A DNA stretch of 64,000 nt. Origin: Phoronis australis. Taxonomy: Eukaryota > Animalia > Phoronida. Numbering within the stretch: the first letter of the stretch is position 1; each line of letters begins with the position of its first letter. A model generated the notes under the pieces. That model was not told where the DNA came from. It was given only the letters and a program-made list of their open reading frames with translations, and ran no database searches. The position numbers and the translations under genes are program-made. Positions 23,162-34,435 of this stretch are shown piece after piece. The stretch spans positions 307,981-371,980 of the forward strand of contig NMRA01000146.1 of NCBI GenBank assembly GCA_002633005.1, written 5' to 3'.

Positions 23162-26100
23162 GTATTATTCCACGGATCCACCGGCCACTGTACCGCCAAC
23201 AAGCGGCAAGGTGGGGAGTCAGCCATTCAGATCCATGTTTAGTCTAATAAATCGAATTGGGTATGCGATAAATTGGGTGAAGTATGACACCACAAAGTTT
23301 GGTGGCTTAGGAGATACAAGTTAAGTCTTCTGGGGGAGAATGGGGCAAATTTTCTACTCCAGTTTCTGCTTCAAACAGAATCTTTTCTGAACATTTTTGA
23401 TATCACATGATAGGTTCTTGACCAATGTAAGTAAAAACGACACCGAAGCTGAAATATCGGTTACCATGGTAACGCTGGAGCTGTTTCCGTGGAGGTACAC
23501 TTAATGCTTGTTAAAAATCAGCAGTAACCTGTACCCTTATAGCGAAGCAGCCCCCACGAGAAACTAAAACTAATAACACGGACATGTAAAAGATCCGTGC
23601 CCTTGAAATTAATACAAAAAAAAACTTTATCAGCCCTTCAGGCAGGCTTGGTAATAGGTGTCTGAATTTGACTATTTTCAGACAGCGTATGTGTATTTTT
23701 CGTGTTAAACCAGTCGTTAGTTGTGTGTCGTTTTTACGCATTAAAATGCCGTGGTATGCATGCAATACAACAGTTAAAATAATTGGTTTGCTTAAATGTT
23801 CTTAATTAATTTTAAGGACACAAGCATTTTCCACTAAAATATGAACTTATACTACATTTGTTCATCCAACTCATTGAATACCAAACTAACGCATACAATG
23901 CGTTAGTTGAATGATGGCTGATATAAAGTGCGGGTTTGCGAATTTATCTATTTATTTGGCACTGTCAGTCGCATCAAATATATTTTTACAAATTGTTGAG
24001 AGAAACAACTTTGGAAACTCTGGGTAAAAGCACAAGGAATTGAGCGAGACATTTGAGAACCTTAAAAGTGAGAGGAGCTGATGTGGAGGTGGAACGTGTC
24101 ATCCTGAGAAGTAGTCTCTCGCAGTGTCTGCCTCGGAGGCAGGTGTGCAGCAGGAGCTACATAATCTACCGTAGTAGATTCACTTGCCCGAATCATCGTT
24201 TCAACCCTCGACATATATTGGCGTCGGCAAAGACACTTGGTACATCCACTGCACACTAGAAGAGAATTCTGATAGAGGTCTGAAAAATGACCAAAGACGT
24301 CAAGGTTCAACATCCTGCTTCGTGTAAGCTCAGGTAGCAATTACCAAACTCCAGGGTCTGACCCTGATGAATATTTTAGGAGCCCATCATTCGTGCAAAA
24401 ATACTTTTATTGACACACCGTGATTGCTTATAACTTTGACCTTATTGCTTAATCATATCTTATTTCAAATGTGTTGATGTATATGCAGTGTATATACATT
24501 GGCATAGGAAATAGGTAGTGATATTAACTTTTCATAATAACCACCAAATGTGTTACAATACTTCTGCCCATGACTTACTTTTAGAGACTAGGGAGTATGT
24601 TATGTCTGCCAATGGATTTCTGCGACTTAATGTGAAATTAATTAAACATGCTTAAGCCGTCAAAAATATTTGGTATTTCTCAAAAAAAATCATTGGTCGA
24701 TTGTTTTATGTTTCAATGTTATGAAGAAAAAATATAATGCGCAACTCATTCATTTCACAATCAACGCTGATGCGTAGGTAGTGTGGATAATTCATATCGG
24801 TCTCAATATTTTCTACATGTATTGAGCCATACTTCTGTTTTATACCTTTGTCGTACTGTCATGTACATAGAAATTCATTTTGTAAATTTTTATAATCAAA
24901 TCCGAATGCCTTAATTGTGAAGCCTTCACTTTAGTTTGGCATTCATATTCTCTGAGCCGAAATGGCCACATTAAATTTTAATGTTTAATTTTTTCATTGA
25001 TACAATTTTAGGAATCAGGAAAGGCTTATGCTGAAGAAGTGGCTTCAGCTGAAGTTGGAGACCTGCCGATTATTAGTAAAGGTTGGGTATGGAAAAGTTC
25101 AAAACCAGCAAAAAGGTACCCTTCTGAATAACTAAGTGAGGGGGCTAGAGAGTGGCCGAAATGTCTACTCCCAGAAGATGTGTCAACGAGAATTTGTAGC
25201 TTTAGACACGAGTTGGGGAAAAGTATTTGCCCAAGACTACTGGCTTATAACACAAGAGGTCCAACGCAATTTGCTGAGATAGGTAAATGTGGGGAAACTG
25301 GGACAGTTGAAGGTTGGATATATGACAGAGGAAGTGGAGTATACATTGGAACGAGACAATCTGTGCTCTAAGATTGTCAATGATGTAGCATTATAAAAAT
25401 TCAAAGGCAGGAAACAGTACAGTGACTGGACCTGTAAATACTCTGGCTGATCTGCTAAACCCAGTGATGGCATTATTATGTCAGCACAGTTGAGTAGGGA
25501 AGTAGGCTTGTGTGTTTTTACAAGCATTGTTTGCACCGGAACTGCTGTGTGAACAGCACAAATCTAAAATTACCTGGATTGAAGTTTTGTACATGCACCG
25601 ATCATGACCCCGGGCCACTGGATTAAGTTGGTACATCCACATGGTAATGGTACATGATTGTTCTTTTTGTTTAGCCACCGGATTTTTTGGTTTGACAGGA
25701 TTTCTCAGTGTGGCCATCACATTTAGATGATTCCTGACCACTGTACTGTTTCGTTTCCTTGAAACTGCGTAAATGATCTGAATTTATGTTTTCGCATTTT
25801 ATTTACCATTATAAATTTTTGTTTGTAAAAGGGTATTTATTGCTGAAATTTGAGCCCCTGTTGCAGTTAGGAAGGTTTGTTCACTTATCTTTCTGCCTGG
25901 GTTGTAAACCCACATTCTGTCCAGGAGGTAAAGTTTTGGTTTAGACTATTTACCTCTATAAACTTTGCTCAATTTGTTCCTTATCCAGATGGGAAGTGAT
26001 TTCTAGAACTGCAGGGAATTGACAGTTTGCTATTCCTCGAGACCATGGTGTGTGTACAAAATCAAACACTATTAGACTGATCTCTAGCAGTTGCATATTG

Positions 26101-28664
26101 CCAGATCTTTCAAAATTCTGAAATTGCTCAAAAGTGACCTGGAAATAATTCCTATTTCATGATGGTAAAATGTCTAAACTAAAAGTTGTTTTATGTGATT
26201 TTAGGCGAGTTTATGTCCACTTCAAATGAGTTTTTGTTGCAGTACTGAAAAACATTGGCACATTAGCTCTGGTGGCTCCTTGATTTTTGGCAAATTGACC
26301 ATTTTATGGTTCCCATGGGTAATTTTGGTACTGGTCTATTATGTATGTACAACTGTAATCGTACGGCAATTGTAATGCGAACCATGTTGCAAATGTATTT
26401 TTCCATGATCATTTTATTGTAAAAATGCTGTCTAATTGGAACCGATAAGTCATTTTTTCATTTTGTGGTGGTTATTTTTGATAACAACATTGATGTGGTA
26501 CATACAGCTACCTCAAGTTGTGAAAAAGAAATTTCCAGTGTTGTCAGCGACATTGCAAAATCACTTTTTTGCAGTGAGACTACATCACCTTAAATGTAAT
26601 TCCCTGACTTTATGGGTTTTGTGTGGTTGACTCTGTCCTGTAACAATTGGAGTGTTGGAAACATCTAGAAGACAATTTTTTATTAGAGTCATAACATTTG
26701 CACTTTTGACTGTACAATTATCTTTGTATTCTATTATGAAAACATAATTTGTAGTATACAAGTCTCTGGTTGGTGTTTTACATTTTTAACAAGGGATATT
26801 TTCAACTTAGATGAGTTGTCTGGTACAGTAGGTAGACAACTTTCAAATAAGATAAGGAATAAAATTGTCAAACATTGTTTTATTTTTTAGATGTGTGATC
26901 TTCCAATAAGTGATTACTTTTAAAAAACCAGTGCGTGCAGAATTTGATTTTTACTCTTCATTTTAAGGAGAATAAATCCATAAACCTACATTGTCTAGAA
27001 ATTTTACTGAAACTAAGGTTGGGGATTGGAATCTTAATGCAACGGAGTCTGAACCCGTACTATGAGCAATACAACACAATACATGGATAGAAAAATTTGG
27101 TGTTCGGGTTACACGCATAGGATTCGCGTGCGCGGTAATAGTTACTGAGGTGCGTGGTCATTGTTTGTGGATACTTTGGGATTCCTCGTCTGTGGTCAAC
27201 CACGGGAAACCTGGTGGCATAGAGTACAATAGATTAGCATCTACATTGTTCCCGTTGTTATAATAAAGATAATGACAAGCATTTATCGACAACGGTCCGA
27301 GGTACGCAAGGTGCTACATCCATGCGACCAGTGTTGTTATATCCAACAATGACACAACAAAGGAAAACAATGATAGGACCGACGGGCGATATACATGCAA
27401 CGAGTTGCCACGGGCAGTGGAGTCTTGTCATTCGCATGCGCGCACCCAGCCTTCAATATTGGGGGCTTGAATTCCTGAAGTTGTGGACCTATTGGTAACA
27501 AAAAACCGGCGGACTAAGAAAAAGATGACACCAATGTGAATTGCGCGTTTATGCTTGTTTAGTGTACTTTTGTCTCATTTTCTCAGACTTCTTGTTTCTC
27601 AGAGGCGGACCTTTTTGCCCATTTCGCCAAACGGGGGGCTCGCCCCCCCCCCCCTTGGGTGCGCGCATGGTCATTCGAATGTTTTTTAGAGAAATGCAAA
27701 CCCGGTATTCCGTCAGGAAAATTTCTGCGGTCTTTTGTTTTAATCGTGGGAAAAACCGTGGTCATGCCACCAAACTTATCATTCATTTGGTATTACAATG
27801 CATTGTGTGAACATTTGATCAACAGAAAATCTGACTTGAGTATGTTTGAAGAAATACCCATGAGAAAATTGCAAAGCATAAGAACTGTAAATCAAAATAA
27901 CCTACATTTGTCGAGTTCATGTGTAATCCTGTTCACTGTAGATGATGTAATCGGCTTTTTGTCAAAATGGAGCCATTTATGGTATCTAAGAGTACTATAG
28001 CCTTAGGTGGTAAGTAGAAAAACATTCAAAACACTCAGGAGGAACAAATTCGTTGCAAAATATCGATAAAACTTGAAGGACAATCTGATTTTCCGTGCTC
28101 ACGTATCGATCTCAGATATTTGAAAATTTCTCATTTTAGTACATTTGAGGTGCCAAAATGTATAACTAATCAACTGGCTGACAAAGTTTTTATTTTATGC
28201 AATGAAAGTAACATGTTTTGACAACACTTTGGCAAAGTTTCATCCTCATAGCAGTGGGGCAGATTTGGCACAGCAGGGTACTGAACATAACCTCAAAATG
28301 GCATAACGGGGGGCAGTGTAGTGAAAATACTAAATGAGGGTGGTAAGTCGGATTAATCTTTTTTCAAGACATCTGTGTAACAATCTTTAGGCACCACTAA
28401 ACAATGCCAAGTGAATAATAGTTCAATAGCTTTCATTCAAGAAAAAATATAAACAGTTAAACCTGGGCAGTTTTTGTACTGTGAAAACATGGCTGCGAAG
28501 CCGTAAAATGTGTATGAGCCTATAACTTTGGTAAAACGTAATATTTTGAGGAATAGTTTACCAATGTTTTTAGATCCTATAGGACTACCAATATGCCGAA
28601 TTTGGTAAACATTGGTTGACCCCCACCTTGCCGCTGAATGGCTGGTGCTCTCGTGGACTGGTAC
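23162..28664 (+). mobile_element. Nested DNA transposon flanked by TTAA (superfamily uncertain; Sola3- or Kolobok-like)
   Basis: TTAA at 23158-61 and 28665-68. Imperfect TIRs GTA...TCCACG...GCGGCAAGGTGGGG.GTCA.CCA. Removing it restores the host's inverted repeat. Coding relics at ~24050-24340 and ~25020-25300. Confidence 0.7.
27435..27669. mobile_element. hAT-like MITE
   Basis: TIR CATGCGCGCACCCA/TGGGTGCGCGCATG with a perfect 8-bp TSD GTCATTCG (27427-34 and 27670-77). Confidence 0.85.
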
Positions 28665-29380
28665 TTAATTTGCATATTTAAAAAAATGCTCAAGGGCTGC
28701 GAACGGTCAACCCCCTAAATCATGGTTACTTAACCATAAGCTAAATGAAACAGCAAAGAAAAACTTTATCCGACAAAACCATGTTGAACCCCCCGGCTCC
28801 CGGGCTATAACGCGGATTCAACTCAAAAGTACAACGGAAATTGTGAAAAAATTGGAAATCACTTTTGAGTACGAAGATTAGATTCTAGACCCTGAGGTAG
28901 GGAAAACAGACAGTCCAAATGACCAACATGGTCCAGTGGACTTCAAGAGATCGATTTCTTTCAAGCAGTAACGAACTGCAACTAGCAAGCCAGTAGAGTA
29001 TTTATCTATCTTATGTGAATATAACGTTAAGTTGTCAGAGAAAGACTAATCGGAGACATGTCAAGATTTCCAGTTTCACATTTCATCATTTTCTCTCTGT
29101 GGGAGATTGGCATGTTTATACGTCAGGTTACCGTGTCATATACCACCAATTTCGACTTAGCATCTACAATTTAAGGCACGCTGAAGTTCTAGAGTATGCT
29201 GTGGCAGTAATTTAGTAAGCGACTGATAAGGCGATTGTAACCGAATAATAAATTTGGTTACCTTCACAATTTTACACATTTACAGTATAGGCAAAGACTT
29301 AAATGCCATAATTAAAATTATATGAAAGCCCTTTGATAAACTATGGATGATGGTGTAGAACATTTACTGTAACTTATTAC

Positions 29381-29704
29381 CCACAACTTTTAGAGTCGCC
29401 GAAACCGAAGCCGTGAAGGAAGGCTCTCGACTGTTCGTCGCAGAACACGTGAAAACTTCGTCAGCATGGTTCATGTACCTCGTGAATGACAACACCTTTT
29501 CTATATATGTCCCTCCGACTCGTCGTGCGATGACCGCTGGTGCTGTTGAAATAGCAAAATTGGAAGAAAAATTTGCCCGTCCGCCTGGGTTTATTTTTCC
29601 CTGGCAGCGAATGGTTGCCTTTGTACCGTTGTTAACGATCACCTTGCCGTTAACAACACGTGACACGGGGTCGTCGCTTTGAATGGACATGTCGTATGGT
29701 CCAG
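29381..29704 (-). CDS. Ig-like exon (class F, membrane-proximal)
   Basis: tttctctgcag| GPYDMSI...ATIRCQG...FTCSATN...LKVV G|gtaat; 324 nt, phase 1-1. Confidence 0.85.
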
Positions 29705-30019
29705 CTGCAGAGAAAAAAAGAGTATTGGTGGCTTGCTGCGGTACAAGCGCAAGTCACACAATCCATGCTTGCAAAGTTTCTTGGAAATAATTGAATAGAG
29801 AATAGAAAGTATAAAGATTTGTATGGATACACGGGAACATGGTGTCAATACTAGCAAAACACATTGCATCCCCTCCCGGGTGAGAATTTGACACGTTTGA
29901 CAAGCTCTAAAAACGTGGAGTATTTGAAGGCCCTAAAAGCCTGTCGAACGTGTAAAATATAGCGTGTCAAACGTGTCAAGAACGTGTCAAAAACGTGTAA
30001 TTTTCGTTCCAATACTTCA

Positions 30020-31045
30020 CGTTTGACACGCTTAGCGTGTCAAACATGTCGATAGGCGCGTAAAACATGGCGATAGCGTGTCGAACGTGGCGTGCCAAAT
30101 TGTGGCAAAAACGTGGCACTTTTGACACGCTAGCGTGTCGAACGTGGTGATAAGCGTGTCGAACGTGGCGTGCCAAAACGTGGCAAAAACGTGGCACTTT
30201 TGACACGCTAGCGTGTCGAACGTGGTGATAAGCGTGTTAAACGTGGCGATAAGCGTGTAAAACGTGGCGATAGCGTGTCGAACGTGGCGTGCCAAAACGT
30301 GGAAAAAACGTGGCACTTTTGACACGCTAGAGTGTCGAACGTGGTGAAAAGCGTGTAAAACGTGGCGATAAGCGTGTAAAACGTGGCGATCGCGTGTCGA
30401 ACNNNNNNNNNNNNNNNNNNNNNNNNNNNNNNNNNNNNNNNNNNNNNNNNNNNNNNNNNNNNNNNNNNNNNNNNNNNNNNNNNNNNNNNNNNNNNNNNNN
30501 NNNNNNNNNNNNNNNNNNNNNNNNNNNNNNNNNNNNNNNNNNNNNNNNNNNNNNNNNNNNNNNNNNNNNNNNNNNNNNNNNNNNNNNNNNNNNNNNNNNN
30601 NNNNNNNNNNNNNNNNNNNNNNNNNNNNNNNNNNNNNNNNNNNNNNNNNNNNNNNGTGGCGATAGCGTGTCGAACGTGGCGTACCAAAATGTGGCAAAAC
30701 CTGGCACTTTTGACACGCTAGCGTGTCGAACGTGGTGATAAGCGTGTAAAAGGTGGCGATAGCGTGTCGAACGTGGCGTGCCAAAACGTGGAAAAAACGA
30801 GGCACTTTTTACACGCTAACGTGTCGTACGTGGTGATAAGCGTGTAAAACGTGGCGATAGCGTGTCGAACGTGGCGTGCCAAAACGTGGCAACAACGTGG
30901 AACTTTTGACACGCTAGCATGTCGAACGTGGTGATAAACGTGTAAAACGTGGCGATAGCGTGTCGAACGTGGCGTGCCAAAACGTGGAAAAAACGTGGCA
31001 CTTTTGTCCCCCTAGCGTGTCAAACGTGGCTCTTTTGATACGCTA
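30020..31045. repeat. Satellite array (AACGTGGC/GCGTGTCG subunits, higher-order unit) spanning an N gap
   Basis: Repeating GCGTGTCGAACGTGGCGTGCCAAAACGTGG..AAAACGTGGCACTTTTGACACGCTA; gap at 30403-30655. Confidence 0.9.
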
Positions 31046-31914
31046 GTCTGTAATCTGTGTCATTGCCATGGTAGCGACCCCACATTTAGCCTGAGGCCGA
31101 GTACAAGCCATAATGTTCTTGTTTAAAGCAGCTCACCATCCACCATGGGAATCCATACTGAGAGCAAATGTATAAAGGGATTTCTTCTTTAAGTCACAGT
31201 TTATTGTTACTGTTGATGTAAATAATCCAAAATGTGATAATGATATAGAATCATTAAAAGGATAATGTAACTATCCAATTCTTACCACATAGTGTTGTCA
31301 TTAAATTTAATTACATATAAAATAACATTAACACAGAAATAAGAAAATGGTTCAACATACAAGTTTGAAGTGCTTAAGCTGCTATATGTATATCCATATA
31401 AGTTAACTTTTGAGTCGGGCCAGTTGCTTAAAGACATTTTATGAAGTAAAGAACAGACGCACTTTGTACCATCTATTCGGAATTACCAAGAGTGATTCAA
31501 CGTTTGTCATAACTTCATATATTACCAGCATAGTCAACAGTTTCTAATGACTCTTGTTTTCTGTTACAATCAAACTTACCTGTTAAAAGAAGGACTATTT
31601 GCAAGAAAAGTTTATCAAGCCACTGTCAACTAGTGTATGTACATACCAAACTTTTGTTAGAGCTGCACCACACTCGAAAACCATACTTCATAAGTGCTCT
31701 CCTGACACAACTGCACTCTGTGACAGCTAAACCGACTCTAACTCAGTATTTGGATATTTGAATAGGCAGTGAAAAGTTTTGTTGCAAATTCGTTGATGTT
31801 ATTAAGAGAACAAGTTTAGTCATTCAAATTGGGTGATTACCTCCCAGTGGCCTTTTCAGAACTGCCAAGCCTATTTAAATTGTGTCTTTATTGAAGAGTT
31901 TTATCATATTTTGC

Positions 31915-32310
31915 AAGTTCGACACGCTAGCGTGTCACATTTTACACGTTTGATATGCTAGCGTGTCAAACTTTACACGTTTGACACGCTAGCGTGTCAA
32001 ATTTGACAAGTTTGACACGTTAACGTGGCAAATTTTACTCGTTTGACACGCTAACGTGGCAAATTGTACACGTTTGACACGCTAACGTGGCAAATTTTAC
32101 ACGTTTGAAACGCTAGCGTGTCAAATTTTACACGCTTGAGACGTTAAGGTGGCAAATTTTACACGTTCGACACGTTAACATGGCAAATGTTACACGTTTG
32201 ACACGCTTGCGTGTCATGTTTTTACACGTTAACGTGGCAATTTTGACACGTATTACACGTTCTTTACACGTTTGAGACGTTTGACACGCTCAACAGCGTG
32301 TCAAACGTGT
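31915..32310. repeat. Tandem repeat, ~31-bp unit TTTACACGTTTGACACGCTAACGTGGCAAAT
   Basis: About a dozen direct copies next to the right TIR. Confidence 0.9.
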
Positions 32311-34087
32311 AAAATTCTCACCCGGGCTGTCACAGAACTGCAAGGGTCGGTTGCACAAACGTAATGCGTTATAAACAATGTAACAACAACGACGTCGAAT
32401 CATGACGCGTTGAGTTGTCATTGTTGAACATAGTATTTCAGTGACGTCATACAACGATCAAAACTTGCCATCTGATAACTGAGTAAGTTCAAAAGGTTAC
32501 GCAATCCAACCTTGGAGATTAACGATAAAATAGACATTCAAATCAGTCGAATAGAAATCCTTGAGTGTGCATTATCGAAAAACTTTCAGCGATAGAAGAA
32601 AACGGGATCCGTGAGATATTTTACTATGCGAAGTATTAATGTAAGCTGCAGGAAAAGTAACAGCAGTTCTTGTTATTTAAAACCTAAGAGAACAAAGATC
32701 TCAAGGGAAGGCCATGGAGTATGACGAACTCAATAACTATCCTTACATGGTTCGAATTACCCCGTGAGTGGCGCAATATACTCCAATCACTGAACTCAAC
32801 CAAAATGCAAACGACGTGTCTTGAAATTTAGTACGACATCCATAAACCAACAGGTGAAGGATTTTCGTCGTTGAACGTTATTAAAACAGCTTGTTATGTC
32901 CTTTTAATCTTTTAACATGTACAAAAATTTATGTTCGTGATCGTTAAAAACGTTTTTTCTACAGTAAAGTATAGAATGCTGCTGACTAAACTAATAAGTG
33001 ACATCAAGTAAAAAATTAAAGGCCACCTAACGATGTTCGTTGGTCAGAAACGTCAGGAGCGATGGGCTTTCCTCACTGAAGGAGTAGTGAAGAAAAAATT
33101 CTGACGACTCACAACGAAGCAGAACAATACATGAGGTATCAATAGATGAACTAGATGACTGTCAAGCCATGTACATGTACATGTATAGACTACATGACTG
33201 AACTTGAAATGGTAAGAACACCAGTGACACCTCTGGGAAGAAAAAAAGTTTTGCCTCGGGTCAGAAAATACTTTTTTACAGACATAATGCGGGTTTTATT
33301 CCAGCACTCGCAAAATTGACAACATTCGAGAATGAAAACTTGAGGAAAAGATCTAACATGGTTCACAGGACGTCCGAATTTGCCCACAGGCTTGAGGACG
33401 GGTGGTTCAATTTATCAACATGCACGTTTTTCTGAAATGATCCCTGCATCTGTGGCCTATACTAATCACAGTGCTTTACTTAGGTCGAGGAGGAAACACG
33501 TGCACGGATTTCGTCTCACTCGAGAACGTCCTAACGGTGTTGTTTTCGAAGAAGGCTAAGAGGCGCGGGACAATAAGGCTATGTTGCGTAGGAAAGTACA
33601 ATATGCCAGCGTGTCAGAAAGTGGTACATGTTAATGCTGTAGCGACACTGTGGGATTGTGAAGCAGTGAGTAATTACGCGACCGTGTTTCCAGCACGACC
33701 GCAGAGTCAATTCCCCATGCTGAGACGGTGCCACAAAAGTCACGGATTGTCATATGGGCTACGTATACTCGTCTTCTCAAACATTTTACTCAAGTACGGA
33801 ATTGCACCACGTGCGTTCTAAGTAAATTTGGGACTTAAACAACAATTAATCAACTAGATTATATTCTATATGTAACTCTCGTTCACAGCATTTCAGACTA
33901 CGTTTCGAAGTCAACCAGTTGAAGACAGGTGGTGTCACGATTGGCTACACGTGAAACATACCTGACCTATCATACCAGTAGGCTATGTCGGTAATGTGGC
34001 ATGAATGTTATCGATGACATCGGTAGACAGCATCATGATAACTCACTGGTGCCTCTTTGCATTTAGTAAGCAGTGTCCAATATTTAC

Positions 34088-34435
34088 CGGTGACATCCAA
34101 TGTTCTTGATTTGGACGCTTTGATGTCAGGTGCACGTGAATTGCTAGCGACACACTCTATGGTGCCCGAGTGATATTCATAAGTAATAAATGCTGACGAT
34201 GTTGCTTCGTTCATGTTGTCGAAGGCACGAAGGTCACGTGTTTGCAGATGACTCACTGCTCCGTCCACCGTGACCAGCCTTATGTCAATGTCCGAGCCGA
34301 TGTTGGCGACCCCTGACGTGCATGTCACGTTTAGCCTTGTGCCGTTGGTAACTACCACATCCTCATCCTCGCTGACTTCACAGTATCGTCCGCGTAGTAA
34401 TAAGTCAACCGTGTGCGGTCCTTTAGGGGGACCCG
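34088..34435 (-). CDS. Ig-like exon (class E)
   Basis: tttgtag| GPPKGP...LNVTCTSG...IECVASN...LDVT G|gtaaat; 348 nt, phase 1-1. Confidence 0.85.

Larger units (their letters stand above)
19862..28807 (+). mobile_element. Academ-like DNA transposon (degenerate) containing a nested insertion
   Basis: TAG...CTA termini. Inverted ends share TTTGTCGGATAAAGTTTTT..TTGCTGTTTCAT.TAGC. Long subterminal repeat arrays (TTAAGGTCGCCATTATGCAAAATTCTA) are inverted between ~19980-20950 and ~22430-23160. Coding relic lies between them. Confidence 0.7.
29875..32326. mobile_element. Non-autonomous CMC/EnSpm-like element with subterminal satellite arrays
   Basis: TIR CCCGGGTGAGAATTT.ACACGTTTGACA at both ends with a 2-bp TSD (CT). 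Tandem arrays at 29940-31045 and 31915-32310. Confidence 0.8.

Noticed and set aside
29976-31001. Repetitive ORFs (e.g. HVLARHVRHAIATFYT) and a CRISPR-like look
   Set aside because: Translations of a satellite crossing an N gap; no unique spacers, eukaryotic context.
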